This document shows, piece after piece, positions 38,972 through 48,527 of a stretch of DNA of 64,000 nt; position 1 is the first letter of the stretch; every line of letters begins with the position of its first letter. The position numbers and the translations under genes are program-made. Source of the stretch: Candidatus Latescibacterota bacterium (GTDB lineage Bacteria > Latescibacterota > UBA2968 > GCA-2709665). A model generated the notes under the pieces. It ran no database searches, was not told the origin of the DNA, and worked only from the letters and a program-made list of their open reading frames with translations. The stretch lies in the NCBI GenBank assembly GCA_965219455.1, contig OZ244744.1, positions 2,240,001 through 2,304,000 on the forward strand, written 5' to 3'.

Positions 38972-40297
38972 ATGTTAAGAGCAGGCGCATCCAGGGTCAA
39001 CATTACCCCGTTTCTGGGCGGGCCGATGGCCGGTTACGGGGCACGCGACCGCGGCAGCGAGAGCATCCACGATGAACTCTATGCCAAAGCCTTTGTGCTG
39101 GACGACGGCAAAACCGCTGTCGCGATGATTACCACCGACCTCATCGGCATTGATCGGGATTTTGCGGAAGACGTCCGCACGCTTATCGAAGAAAGGGTCG
39201 GATTGCCACCGGACCGGGTCTGGCTTTGCGGGTCCCACACCCATTTCGGGCCGTCCGTAAGCACAAGCCGGACGAACGACGGTAACGTCGATCCCTTTGA
39301 CCGGGCCTACGGCGACGTCCTGGCGGCAAAGCTGGCCACCGCCGTACAGTTGGCCCATAGCCGGTTGCGCCCTGCCCGCCTGGGGGCCGGCGCCACCCGC
39401 GCCGAAGGCATCAGCTACAACCGCCGGCTCATTCGCGACGACGGCAAGGTGGAAATGAGCCTCACGCTGCCGCTACCCTATGAGGGCCTCAAGTTCGGTC
39501 CCGTGGACCCGGAAGTGGGCCTCCTCAAAATAGAAGGCGAAGACGACGGCGACACCATCGCCTCGCTCGTCAACTTTGCCTGTCATCCCGTCTCCAGCAC
39601 CGACCGCATGTATGAATTCACCGCCGACTATCCGGGTTACGCCATGGACCTTATCGAGTCCGCAGAAGGCGGCATCTGCCTGTTCGCCCTTGGCTGCGCG
39701 GGCAATATAGTTCCCATACAACGGCAGGGCCGGTCCAAACGCCAGGTGGGTCTGTCGCTTGGCGGATGCGCATTGAACGCACTCCAGTGGATTCGGACCA
39801 CCGGTCAGGTACGCATCCGCGCCGCCAGAAAGTCGATCGAATTGCCCCTGCGCAAATTTCCGCCAACCGCGCGAATGGAGCGGCAAATTGCAGACGCGGA
39901 GGCCGCGCTGAACAGTGCGATGAAAAGGAAAGCGCCGTCACGAGAAATAACCGAATGCCGGGAAGCACTGGGTCTTGCCAGAAGTCTACCCCGCTGGTCG
40001 GAACGTTTCGGCGGAAGGAAGACCCGTTCCACGGAAATCCAGGTCTTCTGGATCGGCGACGTCCCGATTATAGGGCTGCCGGGAGAAGTCTTTGTCGAAC
40101 TCGGGCTCCGCATCAAGAAAGCCCTGGATGCCTTCCCGGTTCTGGTTGTGAGTCTCAGCAATGACAGCGCGGGATACATTCCGGTCCGCCAGGCATACCG
40201 CCAGGGCGGTTATGAATCCAATGTGTCGGCCTTCGCCCCCGGCTGCGGCGAACACCTCGTCAAAGAAGCCCTCGACCTGGCCGAATCGATACGATAA
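38972..40297 (+). CDS. Neutral/alkaline ceramidase-like metallohydrolase
   Basis: AGASRVNITP, HDELYAKA.VL, SHTHFGP, NRR, NFACHP, ADYPG, G.AGN, PGEVF, GYIP...GGYE. Confidence 0.85.
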   Translation: MLRAGASRVNITPFLGGPMAGYGARDRGSESIHDELYAKAFVLDDGKTAVAMITTDLIGIDRDFAEDVRTLIEERVGLPPDRVWLCGSHTHFGPSVSTSRTNDGNVDPFDRAYGDVLAAKLATAVQLAHSRLRPARLGAGATRAEGISYNRRLIRDDGKVEMSLTLPLPYEGLKFGPVDPEVGLLKIEGEDDGDTIASLVNFACHPVSSTDRMYEFTADYPGYAMDLIESAEGGICLFALGCAGNIVPIQRQGRSKRQVGLSLGGCALNALQWIRTTGQVRIRAARKSIELPLRKFPPTARMERQIADAEAALNSAMKRKAPSREITECREALGLARSLPRWSERFGGRKTRSTEIQVFWIGDVPIIGLPGEVFVELGLRIKKALDAFPVLVVSLSNDSAGYIPVRQAYRQGGYESNVSAFAPGCGEHLVKEALDLAESIR

Positions 40298-40352
40298 GCC
40301 ATCGATCCACCAACCCGCGCTTCCGGGCGCGGCCCATGACAAGGAATCGCTT

Positions 40353-41669
40353 ATGTCGATACTCACGTGTCTGTTTCTCTTCGTAGTGGTCCTTCACTTC
40401 ACCAGAACACGTGCGGCTGCCGCCGAAATCACACTCGCAGCCGGCGCGGCAAGAACCGACATCACACCCGATCCCGCGATGACAAACTGGGTGGATGGCA
40501 AACCCTATGACGGCGTGCTGGATCCGCTCACTCTGCGCGGTCTCGTTCTTTCCGACGGTAACACCGAGTTCGCTTTGATCTGCTGGGATCTCATCGACGC
40601 GACGGAGGAATGTGTCATCGACGTCCGCAGGGCGGTTCGCGGCGCAACAGGCATCCCGGAAACGCACATCCTCGTGGCCGCCTCGCACACCCACTCGTCG
40701 CCCCGGTCCCCATTTGCGGGATCCACGTTTCCCGGCCGCGGGAGCGAACGCCTGAGAGCCATTCTGGGCGATCCCGTCTTCCAGGCCTGGGGCCGGCGTC
40801 TCCCCGGACGATGCGCGGATGTCCTGAAACGAGCGCAGGATCGCCAGCAACCCGTCACCTTGAACATCGGCCGCGCGAATGTCTCGGAATGGTTATTCAA
40901 TCGGCGGCCCCTCGATCCCGATGGCAACGTCGTTACGATGTTTCAACCCAGAGATCCGCACACGTTGCCTGACGGACTGCGTTTCGGCTCGCTGGATCCC
41001 ACCCTGACCGTCCTCACCCTGAAAAACGCAGACAACACCAACGTGGCCACTGTCTACAGCGCGCCATGCCATCCCGTCTCCATCTATCCCTACCACCGCG
41101 GCGTTTCGGCGGACTGGCCCGGGCTCGCCAATGAGCGGATTTCCGAAGTCCTGGGAGGCGAATCCTTTTTTTTGCAGGGTTGCGCCGGAGACATCGTCCC
41201 CGCCACCCGAGGGGAAGAAGCGCGCACGGAAATGGCCCGTTTCTTCGCGGAACGGGCCGTCGCGGCCGCACGGAGTTCCCACCGCCTGCCGTCGTCGCCT
41301 CTGAAGGTCGCAACCGGGGTTGTCGGCCTGCCGCTCGTATCCGAAAAGCGAAAAGAGGCCGGCGCCGACATCCGACCGGTCGAAATTCAGGTGGTTGTTT
41401 GCGGACCCTTCGGCCTGGCCGTGCTGCCCGGCGAACCCCTCAACGGACTCGCACGTGAGATTCAGGCGCGTTCACCCCTCCCGCACACGCTTGCCATCGG
41501 CTATGCCAATGGTCGCGGGGTGAGTTACGTAGGCCTTCCCGGAGAAAAAGCCAGAGGCGGATACGAAGCGGGCGCCGGCCAGGGTACCGAAGAAGCCGGC
41601 GACTTTATGATTCAGACCGCCCTTCGGCTTCTGGCGGTTTCTGAGAGTCAAAAAAAGCCAGCATCATGA
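40353..41669 (+). CDS. Neutral/alkaline ceramidase-like metallohydrolase with signal peptide
   Basis: AGAARTDITP, DPL..R.LVL, SHTHSSP, NRR, CHP, ADWPG, QGCAGD, PGEP, GGYE. Confidence 0.82.
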   Translation: MSILTCLFLFVVVLHFTRTRAAAAEITLAAGAARTDITPDPAMTNWVDGKPYDGVLDPLTLRGLVLSDGNTEFALICWDLIDATEECVIDVRRAVRGATGIPETHILVAASHTHSSPRSPFAGSTFPGRGSERLRAILGDPVFQAWGRRLPGRCADVLKRAQDRQQPVTLNIGRANVSEWLFNRRPLDPDGNVVTMFQPRDPHTLPDGLRFGSLDPTLTVLTLKNADNTNVATVYSAPCHPVSIYPYHRGVSADWPGLANERISEVLGGESFFLQGCAGDIVPATRGEEARTEMARFFAERAVAAARSSHRLPSSPLKVATGVVGLPLVSEKRKEAGADIRPVEIQVVVCGPFGLAVLPGEPLNGLAREIQARSPLPHTLAIGYANGRGVSYVGLPGEKARGGYEAGAGQGTEEAGDFMIQTALRLLAVSESQKKPAS

Positions 41670-42611
41670 CCCCGAGATGGCGTCGATCATCTCCATCGTC
41701 TTCACCGCGTCGTCCAGACTACAGGCCGGGAACGGAAGTGCGCCTCCATTCCGGACCCATCTCAAGAACGTGCGATCCTGCTGATAAAATCCTGGTTTGT
41801 AGCGGCGATCAATGTCATTCCCTTCGACGTTCTCCGGCTGTCCGCCCCTGCGTCTCAAGGTTGCGGCTTGCCCAAGAGCGGACGTGAAGGTAACCCCATT
41901 GCCGCGCACTTCCACGCGGTGCCCTCCCGGAGCGAACCAGTCCATAGAGGCACGCCCGACAGCCCCGCCTGTGAAGGTCAACAGCGCCGAACAGCAGTCC
42001 GGCATGGGACCTTCCACAGTATGGTGCATCGGCTGGACGCTCACCACGTCACCGCCGAAGAATCGCAACAGGTCCAAGGCGTGGATGCCGTTTGCTACGC
42101 TCCAGCGTTCCAGGACCTTTTCAGGAAATTTCGGGTTTTCCCGGACCCGCTGGATATCTTCGTGGGCGTCCACAGTGACGCTTTGTACCGGCCCGGATTC
42201 GAGGATCAGCTCCCTGCCCTTGAGAAGCGTGGAATAGAACCGCCGATTTACGCCCACCATCGCCGGCGTACCCACCGCTCGCGCCAGATCGGCCAGCGCA
42301 CGGGTCTGGCACGTATAGAGGCCAGGAGGCTTTTCCAGAAAGGTCGGGATACCGGACCGAATGAAGTCTGCGGCGACCGCAGCGACCTGGAGGACACTCA
42401 CGAGAACGAAAACGGCGTCGGGCCGATCCCCTTCCAGCAGGCTCTCGTGCAAGTTCAGGCGATTCGACACGCCGAACCGCGCTCCTGTCTCTTCCAGAAC
42501 GCGGGGGTTGCTGTCCACAAGCGTCGTCACACACCCCTCGCGAAGGTCGGTGAGTACTTTCAGGTGCCTCTGGGCTATGTTTCCGGCTCCAACTACCGCA
42601 ATGTTCAGCAT
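41664..42611 (-). CDS. Gfo/Idh/MocA oxidoreductase
   Basis: IAVVGAGNIA, EKP, GVNRRF, IHALD; start reset to MLNIAV. Confidence 0.9.
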   Translation of the reverse strand: MLNIAVVGAGNIAQRHLKVLTDLREGCVTTLVDSNPRVLEETGARFGVSNRLNLHESLLEGDRPDAVFVLVSVLQVAAVAADFIRSGIPTFLEKPPGLYTCQTRALADLARAVGTPAMVGVNRRFYSTLLKGRELILESGPVQSVTVDAHEDIQRVRENPKFPEKVLERWSVANGIHALDLLRFFGGDVVSVQPMHHTVEGPMPDCCSALLTFTGGAVGRASMDWFAPGGHRVEVRGNGVTFTSALGQAATLRRRGGQPENVEGNDIDRRYKPGFYQQDRTFLRWVRNGGALPFPACSLDDAVKTMEMIDAISGS

Positions 42612-42743
42612 TTCGTCCTTTTTCCTATAAAAAAAGCCGCCGATGCCGACGATAACGGTGACCACTGCGAAGATAAGCAGTCCGATGAGGAGCACGGCGC
42701 CCGCACAATGGCTTGTCGAGCTATTGAGGAAGCGTGTCTGAAG

Positions 42744-42816
42744 GTGGGGCAGACATTCCTGTCTGCCCTTCTCATCGTCCGTCTGTCGCAATGCAGACAG
42801 AAAAACGGCTTGCACC
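42744..42816. repeat. REP-like palindrome with a decayed inverted partner
   Basis: GTGG-GGCAGACA-ttcc-TGTCTGCC, then a degenerate GCAGACAG...CACC about 25 bp downstream. Confidence 0.6.
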
Positions 42817-42903
42817 GCCTTTATGGAGCCAATAGCCCTGGCGGCTCTTGCGTTACCACAATAAAGCGACTTGAGTAAGGAAACGACCGTATGGGTTATT
42901 CGC

Positions 42904-43521
42904 TTACGGCCAGGTGGGGCGTTCCATCGAAAAAGATTCGGTGACGCAGGCGTAGTCCAGATACCCGAGACGCCCCACGGGTTTCAGGGCCACGGTGTCG
43001 ACAAGGCCATCTCTTATAGCCCGATCGGCAATGTGGATGCCAATCACCTGACCGAATACAACCGTGTTCGGATCGTCCGGATCGTCGGTGGGAAGGTCCA
43101 CGGTCCGGGTATGGATACACTCCAGGTGGACCGGGCTTTCCGCCACACGGGGAGGTTTTACAAGTATAGAAGGCGCCTGGGTGACACCCGCGTATTCGAA
43201 CTCGTTGACGTTTCCAGGCGCGGGTACCGCGGTCGCGTTCATCTGTGTCCGAAGCTCCCAGGTAACGAGGTTTACCACGAATTCGCCGGTTTCCTGCGCA
43301 TTCTTTATGGAATCCTTCAACCCGCCGTGGGTGTGTGTGGTTGTAGCGGCGAACATGACCTGCGGCGGGGTATAGGCCACCGCGTTGAAAAACGAGTACG
43401 GGGCCAGGTTGACCGCACCCTGCGCGTCTATCGACGAAATCCATCCGATCGGTCGCGGCACAACGATGGCGTTAAAGGGATCGCGACGCAGGCCGTGGTG
43501 TTCGGTCGTCCTGTAAAACAT
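42904..43521 (-). CDS. Flavin reductase family protein
   Basis: VVPRPIGWIS, NLAPYSFFN, KDS..N..ETGEFVVN, PPRVAESP..LEC, RLG..DY. Confidence 0.92.
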   Translation of the reverse strand: MFYRTTEHHGLRRDPFNAIVVPRPIGWISSIDAQGAVNLAPYSFFNAVAYTPPQVMFAATTTHTHGGLKDSIKNAQETGEFVVNLVTWELRTQMNATAVPAPGNVNEFEYAGVTQAPSILVKPPRVAESPVHLECIHTRTVDLPTDDPDDPNTVVFGQVIGIHIADRAIRDGLVDTVALKPVGRLGYLDYACVTESFSMERPTWP

Positions 43522-43570
43522 GCCTGAGGCACCCTTTCCGGTGGTTAACTCGCTTTCTTTTTAGCAGGTC

Positions 43571-44572
43571 CTACTTCCACTTGAACACAACACCCAGCGC
43601 GGCGCTCGGATCATCTGCGAGCATGGTGTAGATTTCCTGGCACCGTTCCGGCTCCGCCACGTGGGTGACGAGGTCATCGACGGGTAATTTGCCCTCTCCC
43701 ATCAGGCGCATCACCAGCCGGCGGTCCCGTTCCTTTGCCCATCGGTAGTAGATGTGATCGGCCTCCGGCGTTTTGGGCTGGTGGGCGCCCAGGATGCTGA
43801 CTTCCCTCAGATGCACGTCGGCCAGGAAATCCATGTCGACGGTGCCTCGCGGGGAACCCAGCGCGACCACCCGGCCTGCCGAACAAGCAATCCGGACGGC
43901 GGTGGGATATACCGCGGGTTTGCCAGTCGCTTCGATAACGACGTTGGCGCCGTCTTCCACGCAGTGTCGGCCAACCGCCTCCCGGACGTCGTCCACGGCG
44001 ACGGGATTGATGCAGAGGCCGATGCCGCGGCTTTGCGCCTTGTCCAGACGAAAGTCGTCGAGATCGATAGCGATTACCGGCAGGGCGCCGGAGAGTCCCG
44101 CGAGCGTCGACGCGAGTTGGCCGACAATCCCCAGGCCGATGACGACGACAACCTCACCCAATTCGATGCGCGCCACCCGGATTCCATGGATGGCGATGGC
44201 GCCCATGACCATAAAGGCGGCGGCTTCGGACGACACGGTATCCGGGACCTTCTGGTGGAAGGACCTGCCGCCGTAGAGTATGGAGTGGCTGGCGTGGTTT
44301 CCCTGTCCGGCTATGCGATCGCCGGGGCGGATGCCTTCAACGTCCTTGCCGACTTCCAGGGCCGTTCCGACGTTGCAATAGCCGGTGGGGCGCGGAAAAC
44401 GAACGGGGTTTCCGGGTTCGCCTCCGTGGGTCCAGCCGTGGATCTCGGTGCCGACGCTGACGGCGGTGTACTGGTTTTCGATAAGGATACCGTCATCCGG
44501 TACTGGCCCCGTTTCGAAGGACGCCAATTCCATCCGACGGATACCGGGAATGAGAAAACGTGTGGCTTTCAT
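43571..44572 (-). CDS. Zinc-binding-type alcohol dehydrogenase (MDR family)
   Basis: VSVGTE, FP..TGYC.VG, GDR...G.HASH, GLGIVG, IEATG; start reset to MKATRF. Confidence 0.87.
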   Translation of the reverse strand: MKATRFLIPGIRRMELASFETGPVPDDGILIENQYTAVSVGTEIHGWTHGGEPGNPVRFPRPTGYCNVGTALEVGKDVEGIRPGDRIAGQGNHASHSILYGGRSFHQKVPDTVSSEAAAFMVMGAIAIHGIRVARIELGEVVVVIGLGIVGQLASTLAGLSGALPVIAIDLDDFRLDKAQSRGIGLCINPVAVDDVREAVGRHCVEDGANVVIEATGKPAVYPTAVRIACSAGRVVALGSPRGTVDMDFLADVHLREVSILGAHQPKTPEADHIYYRWAKERDRRLVMRLMGEGKLPVDDLVTHVAEPERCQEIYTMLADDPSAALGVVFKWK

Positions 44573-44583
44573 CGTGAAGTCCT

Positions 44584-44750
44584 TTAGCAGTCCGTTGAAA
44601 AAGTCGCTCTGCAGGCGAGGCCGAGTCATTGTGGCCGAAGACAAGGCGCGCGACCGCGTCGAATCGGGGATTCGGGGAGGGAGCGCAACGCAGTAATTCG
44701 GCCACAAGGGCCGGACGCAGCCCGGATGGACTTTTTCTCCGGGCTGTTAA
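44584..44750. mobile_element. MITE family A, full copy (167 bp)
   Basis: TTAGCAGTCCGTTGAAAAAGTC ... GACTTTTTCTCCGGGCTGTTAA. Confidence 0.85.
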
Positions 44751-44805
44751 GGTTGCTCGACGGCGGAAAGGATCGGGTAATCGAGACAGACGCCCTGCGT
44801 GGTCT

Positions 44806-45843
44806 CTACGCCTGCCCGCGGTCCAGGGTCTCCCGGAAGAGTCGAAGGAAGTTGCCGCCCCAGATCTTCCGGATTTCGTTCTCTGAGAGACCACGACTGA
44901 GCATGGCGCGGGTGAGGCGCACAAGCTTTGAGACGTCTCCAAAAACAGGTGTGCGCGAACCCATGCCGTCGTAATCGGAACCGATGGCGACGTGGTCGAT
45001 ACCGACCAGGTCGGCCACGTAACAGATGTGGTCGACCATTCGGTCCACGGAAGAATTCTCCGGATCGATAAAGCCTGGCAGAAAGGCGATGCCCATCACC
45101 CCACCGGAGGCGGCCAGCGCCCTGAGTTGATCGTCGGTGAGGCAGCGCCAGTGGTTGCAGACGGAAAAAACCGCGGTGTGGGTCATCGTTACCGGGAGGG
45201 AAGACAGTTCCAGAACCTGGTAGAAAGCTTTGTCATTAATATGGGCCAGGTCGGTGATGATGCCCAGCCGGTTACTTTCCTCGAGCACGGCCTTGCCGAA
45301 GTCCGTCAGACCGATGGCGTTCCTGCGTTCACGTTCACGGTCGTCCGGCGTGCATGGGCCGAAAGGACTCTTGCTGCCCTGAAGGTAGGCCCCGGCGTCC
45401 CCGCCTTCGCCGTGGGTGATCCCCACGCAGCGTACGCCCAGGCGGTAGTAGAGACGAAGAATATCCATCTCCCCTTCCAGCCAACGTCCCGCGCCTTCGA
45501 TTGTAAGCAGGATGCCGATTTTGCCGGATGCTCTCGCACGTTCAACGTCCTGTGGCGAGAACACCAGCATCAGGTCCTCGGGATACCGCTCCACCGAGGC
45601 CAGGGTCTGTTCCAGGGTTACACGAACGTTTGCCGTCGGACCGTTGCCGACCACGAAAAAGCCGGCATCGAATCCGCCTTCCCTCATCCGGGGAATGTCC
45701 ATGTGATACGCGGGATCCCGTTTTTTCAGGTCCATCGGGCGCTCGCCGCGGTGCACGCGCTCCACGGGCGTGTCGTTGTGGCCGTCGACGATTAGGCAGC
45801 GGTCGTGGACTGCCTGCGCTTCTTCAAGGGTAATGTCCGGCAT
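44806..45843 (-). CDS. Membrane dipeptidase (peptidase M19) family
   Basis: VDGHND, IEG, GL...G, DLAH, TH, RCLTD.Q, HV.IGSDYDG, GGNFLR. Confidence 0.9.
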   Translation of the reverse strand: MPDITLEEAQAVHDRCLIVDGHNDTPVERVHRGERPMDLKKRDPAYHMDIPRMREGGFDAGFFVVGNGPTANVRVTLEQTLASVERYPEDLMLVFSPQDVERARASGKIGILLTIEGAGRWLEGEMDILRLYYRLGVRCVGITHGEGGDAGAYLQGSKSPFGPCTPDDRERERRNAIGLTDFGKAVLEESNRLGIITDLAHINDKAFYQVLELSSLPVTMTHTAVFSVCNHWRCLTDDQLRALAASGGVMGIAFLPGFIDPENSSVDRMVDHICYVADLVGIDHVAIGSDYDGMGSRTPVFGDVSKLVRLTRAMLSRGLSENEIRKIWGGNFLRLFRETLDRGQA

Positions 45844-45912
45844 GGGAATTGTCCTCTGCTTGGGGTTGACGGTGTGCGCTTTCGGGTCGGTATGATGCGC
45901 TCTCAGGCCGGT

Positions 45913-47235
45913 CTACGGCGGGTCGACCGGTACTTTCTGGTTCTTGCGGACCAGGGGATCGTATGTAAATCCGTCGGACCGTTTTTCGAACTCGGCGCGT
46001 ACCTTTTTCATGTTCTCCGGGCTCCGGCAGAGGTCGACCGCGGTTCCGGCGAAAACCTTGGCGGTCTGCCGGATCGAGCGCTCGGCGAAAGGCAGCGCGG
46101 CCTGCGCGGCCATGTCCCGGTGATGGCCAGGCGTTCCCTTTGCATAACAGACCATCTGGAAGCGTCCCAGAGGGGCCAGCCAGGAAACGTTGTCTTCGTC
46201 GGTGGAGCCCCGGCCCTGGGAACCGCTGCCCTTGGCTATCTTCGTGTTGAACCCCTTTTTGTAGCCGAGGGCTTCGGCGCGCTTCGTGTCGGCTTCCGTC
46301 GGTTCGGGCGGCCCGAAGAGTTTCAGGTTTTTTCGAACAATCTCACACATTGACTTGTTGGGCAGACGCGGGTACACGGCAGTGATACGCGACCATTTCA
46401 TCTTCGTGTCCGTGGCTTTGGCGGCGCCCCGGGCGCAGGCGGTGAGGCGTTCACGCACTTCGTCTACCTGCGCGCGGTCCTTGCCCCGTACGAAGTACCA
46501 GATCTTGGCATAGGCCGGCACCACGTTGGGGGCATCGCCTCCATTGCGAATGACGGAATGAATCCTGACGTTTTCGGGAACATGCTCCCGGAGGTAGTTG
46601 GCGGCAATATCCGTGAGCATCACCCCGTCCAGGGCGCTGCGGCCCCGGTGAGCCCACGCGCCGTGGGCGGTGCGGCCGAAGAACTCGTAAACGAGGGAGT
46701 CCAGCGACGATCCGCCAAAATTGTTGACGCCGGAAGAATTCCCCGGATGCCAGGCGAGGCAGGCGTCCAGGTCCCGAAACCCGCCGTCGCGAGCCATATA
46801 CACTTTGCCGGCCAGGGTTTCCTCGGCCGGACAGCCGTAGTAGACGATTGTGCCCGATGTTCCGGTTGATTCGAGGATTTTTGCAGCGGCGACCGCACCC
46901 ACGGCCGGGGCAACGCCCAGCAGGTTGTGGCCTCAGCCATGCCCCCAGTCACCTTCCTCGGGACCGCAGTTCGGCAGCGCGTCGTATTCCCCCAGCATCC
47001 CGACCGCCGGTTCTCCGTTGCCCCGGGTCGCGCGAAATGCCGTGGGGATTTTCTTGAAAGAGAATTCGACTTCGAAGCCGTGCGAAGCCAGGTAGTCCGC
47101 GACCGCTCCCGAGGATTCGACCTCCCGGAAGGGCCGTTCCGCCCAGGCGTGCACCCGCCTGGAAAGGTTCCTGGCGCGTTTCGACTCGTCCGCTACGGTG
47201 CGATCGATGAAGTCCTTTTTATCTTGCGAGGTCAT
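45913..47235 (-). CDS. AbgB/Acy1-like M20 amidohydrolase with an in-frame TGA (candidate selenoprotein), 440 aa if read through
   Basis: The two track ORFs are in the same frame: ...GEYDALP...WGHG-[TGA 46935..46933]-GHNLLG...GCPAEE...WHP...GRTAHG...GRSALD...PNVVP...GSTD..NVSW. Confidence 0.85.
46897..46932 (-). promoter_or_regulatory. Candidate bacterial SECIS element immediately 3' of the UGA
   Basis: UGA-GG-CCAC-AACCU-GCUG-GGC-[GUU]-GCC-C-CGGC-C-GUGG: apical loop starts with GU, 18 nt after the UGA; lower CCAC/GUGG stem. Confidence 0.55.
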
Positions 47236-47342
47236 GACATATCCCTTCTGTAAAAAACGCCGGCCCACGGTTAATGGAATTGCCGCGTTGGATCGTCAAC
47301 GGTTCCGGATCGATCTTCGCCCCGAGTTTTCGAGCGACAAGT

Positions 47343-48431
47343 CTATGGTTTGACGATGGCATCAACGACCGCGTCGCCCACCTCCGGAGTCGCAGCTTCC
47401 CCGCCCAGGTCCGCCGGATGGTTTGCCGGATGGACAAGCGTTCGATCGACGGCGCGGTCAATTGTCTGTGAGGCGGCGGCGGCTTCCGGATCGTTATGGC
47501 GGCTGCCCAGCCAGGACAGCATCATCCCCGCGGAGAGGATCTGGGCTATGGGGTTGGCGATGCCCTTCCCGGCTATATCGGGGGCGGTACCGTGGGAAGG
47601 CTGGAAGACGCCGTAACGATCGCTGACGTCGGCCGAGGGCGCCATACCCATCCCGCCGATAGTAGCTGCGGCCAGGTCCGAAATGATGTCCCCGAACATA
47701 TTTTCTGCAACGACAACGTCGTACCACGCGGGGTTGCGTAACTGGTACACGGTGAAGGCGTCCACGTAGGCATAATCCCGCTCGACGTCGGGATAGGATT
47801 CTGCCACCTCGTCGTAGATCTGCCTGAAAAAGGCCATGCTTTTCAGAATGTTGGCCTTGTCCACCGAGGTGACGCGGCTTTTCCCGTCGGCGGGCGCCCC
47901 CTCCCGTTGTTTTGCGATTTCAAAGGCGTACCGTACAATCCGCTCGGTACCGGCCCGGGTGATAACCATGTTGTCCACGGCGAGGCTGTCGCCGAGAAGA
48001 ACCCCGGCGCCCCTGGAGGCGTAAAGGCCTTCGGTATTCTCGCGCATAATGACGTAGTCGAGCGGCGGATTCCCCTCCAGAAGCGGAGGCACGCCACGAT
48101 ATTTCTTGATGGGCCGGATCCCGGCGTAAAGGTCGAGTTCGAAGCGCAATGTCAGCTGCGGTGCGATTTCCGTGCCATCCGGAAACCGTATATCCGGGTC
48201 GCCCGCGGAACCGAAAAGGACGGCATCGGACTGTTTGCAGGCGTTGAGCGTGGGCTCGGGCAGGTCATTGCCGGTTTCGGCGTAACACCTGGCGCCCACC
48301 GGGTACTCAGAAAAGGTGAATCGGAGATCGGGATGCGGCTCCTCGAGCGCGAGAAGTACTTTGAGCGCTTCCGCGACTACTTCCGGGCCGACGCCGTCTC
48401 CAGGGAGTACGGCAATGTTGTACGTTGGCAT
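47343..48431 (-). CDS. Isocitrate/isopropylmalate (beta-decarboxylating) dehydrogenase family
   Basis: LPGDGVGPEV, LR..LDLYA.IRP, RENTEG.Y, VDKAN, NMFGDIISD, P.HGTAPDIAG. Confidence 0.9.
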   Translation of the reverse strand: MPTYNIAVLPGDGVGPEVVAEALKVLLALEEPHPDLRFTFSEYPVGARCYAETGNDLPEPTLNACKQSDAVLFGSAGDPDIRFPDGTEIAPQLTLRFELDLYAGIRPIKKYRGVPPLLEGNPPLDYVIMRENTEGLYASRGAGVLLGDSLAVDNMVITRAGTERIVRYAFEIAKQREGAPADGKSRVTSVDKANILKSMAFFRQIYDEVAESYPDVERDYAYVDAFTVYQLRNPAWYDVVVAENMFGDIISDLAAATIGGMGMAPSADVSDRYGVFQPSHGTAPDIAGKGIANPIAQILSAGMMLSWLGSRHNDPEAAAASQTIDRAVDRTLVHPANHPADLGGEAATPEVGDAVVDAIVKP

Positions 48432-48527
48432 GCACGTCCTTTCAAGGGATGTTGCACTTCGAAATCGGCGAAACGCGGGCGCTTCGACAAGCTCAGTGCG
48501 AGCAACGCAGGCAATGACGGCGTATCG

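Noticed and set aside
44573-44707. N-terminal extension of the MDR dehydrogenase
   Set aside because: It is translated MITE sequence; the family-like start is MKATRF
46902-46935. Frameshift or two separate genes at the amidohydrolase junction
   Set aside because: Both parts are in the same frame and the 30 nt between them encode the conserved GHNLLG
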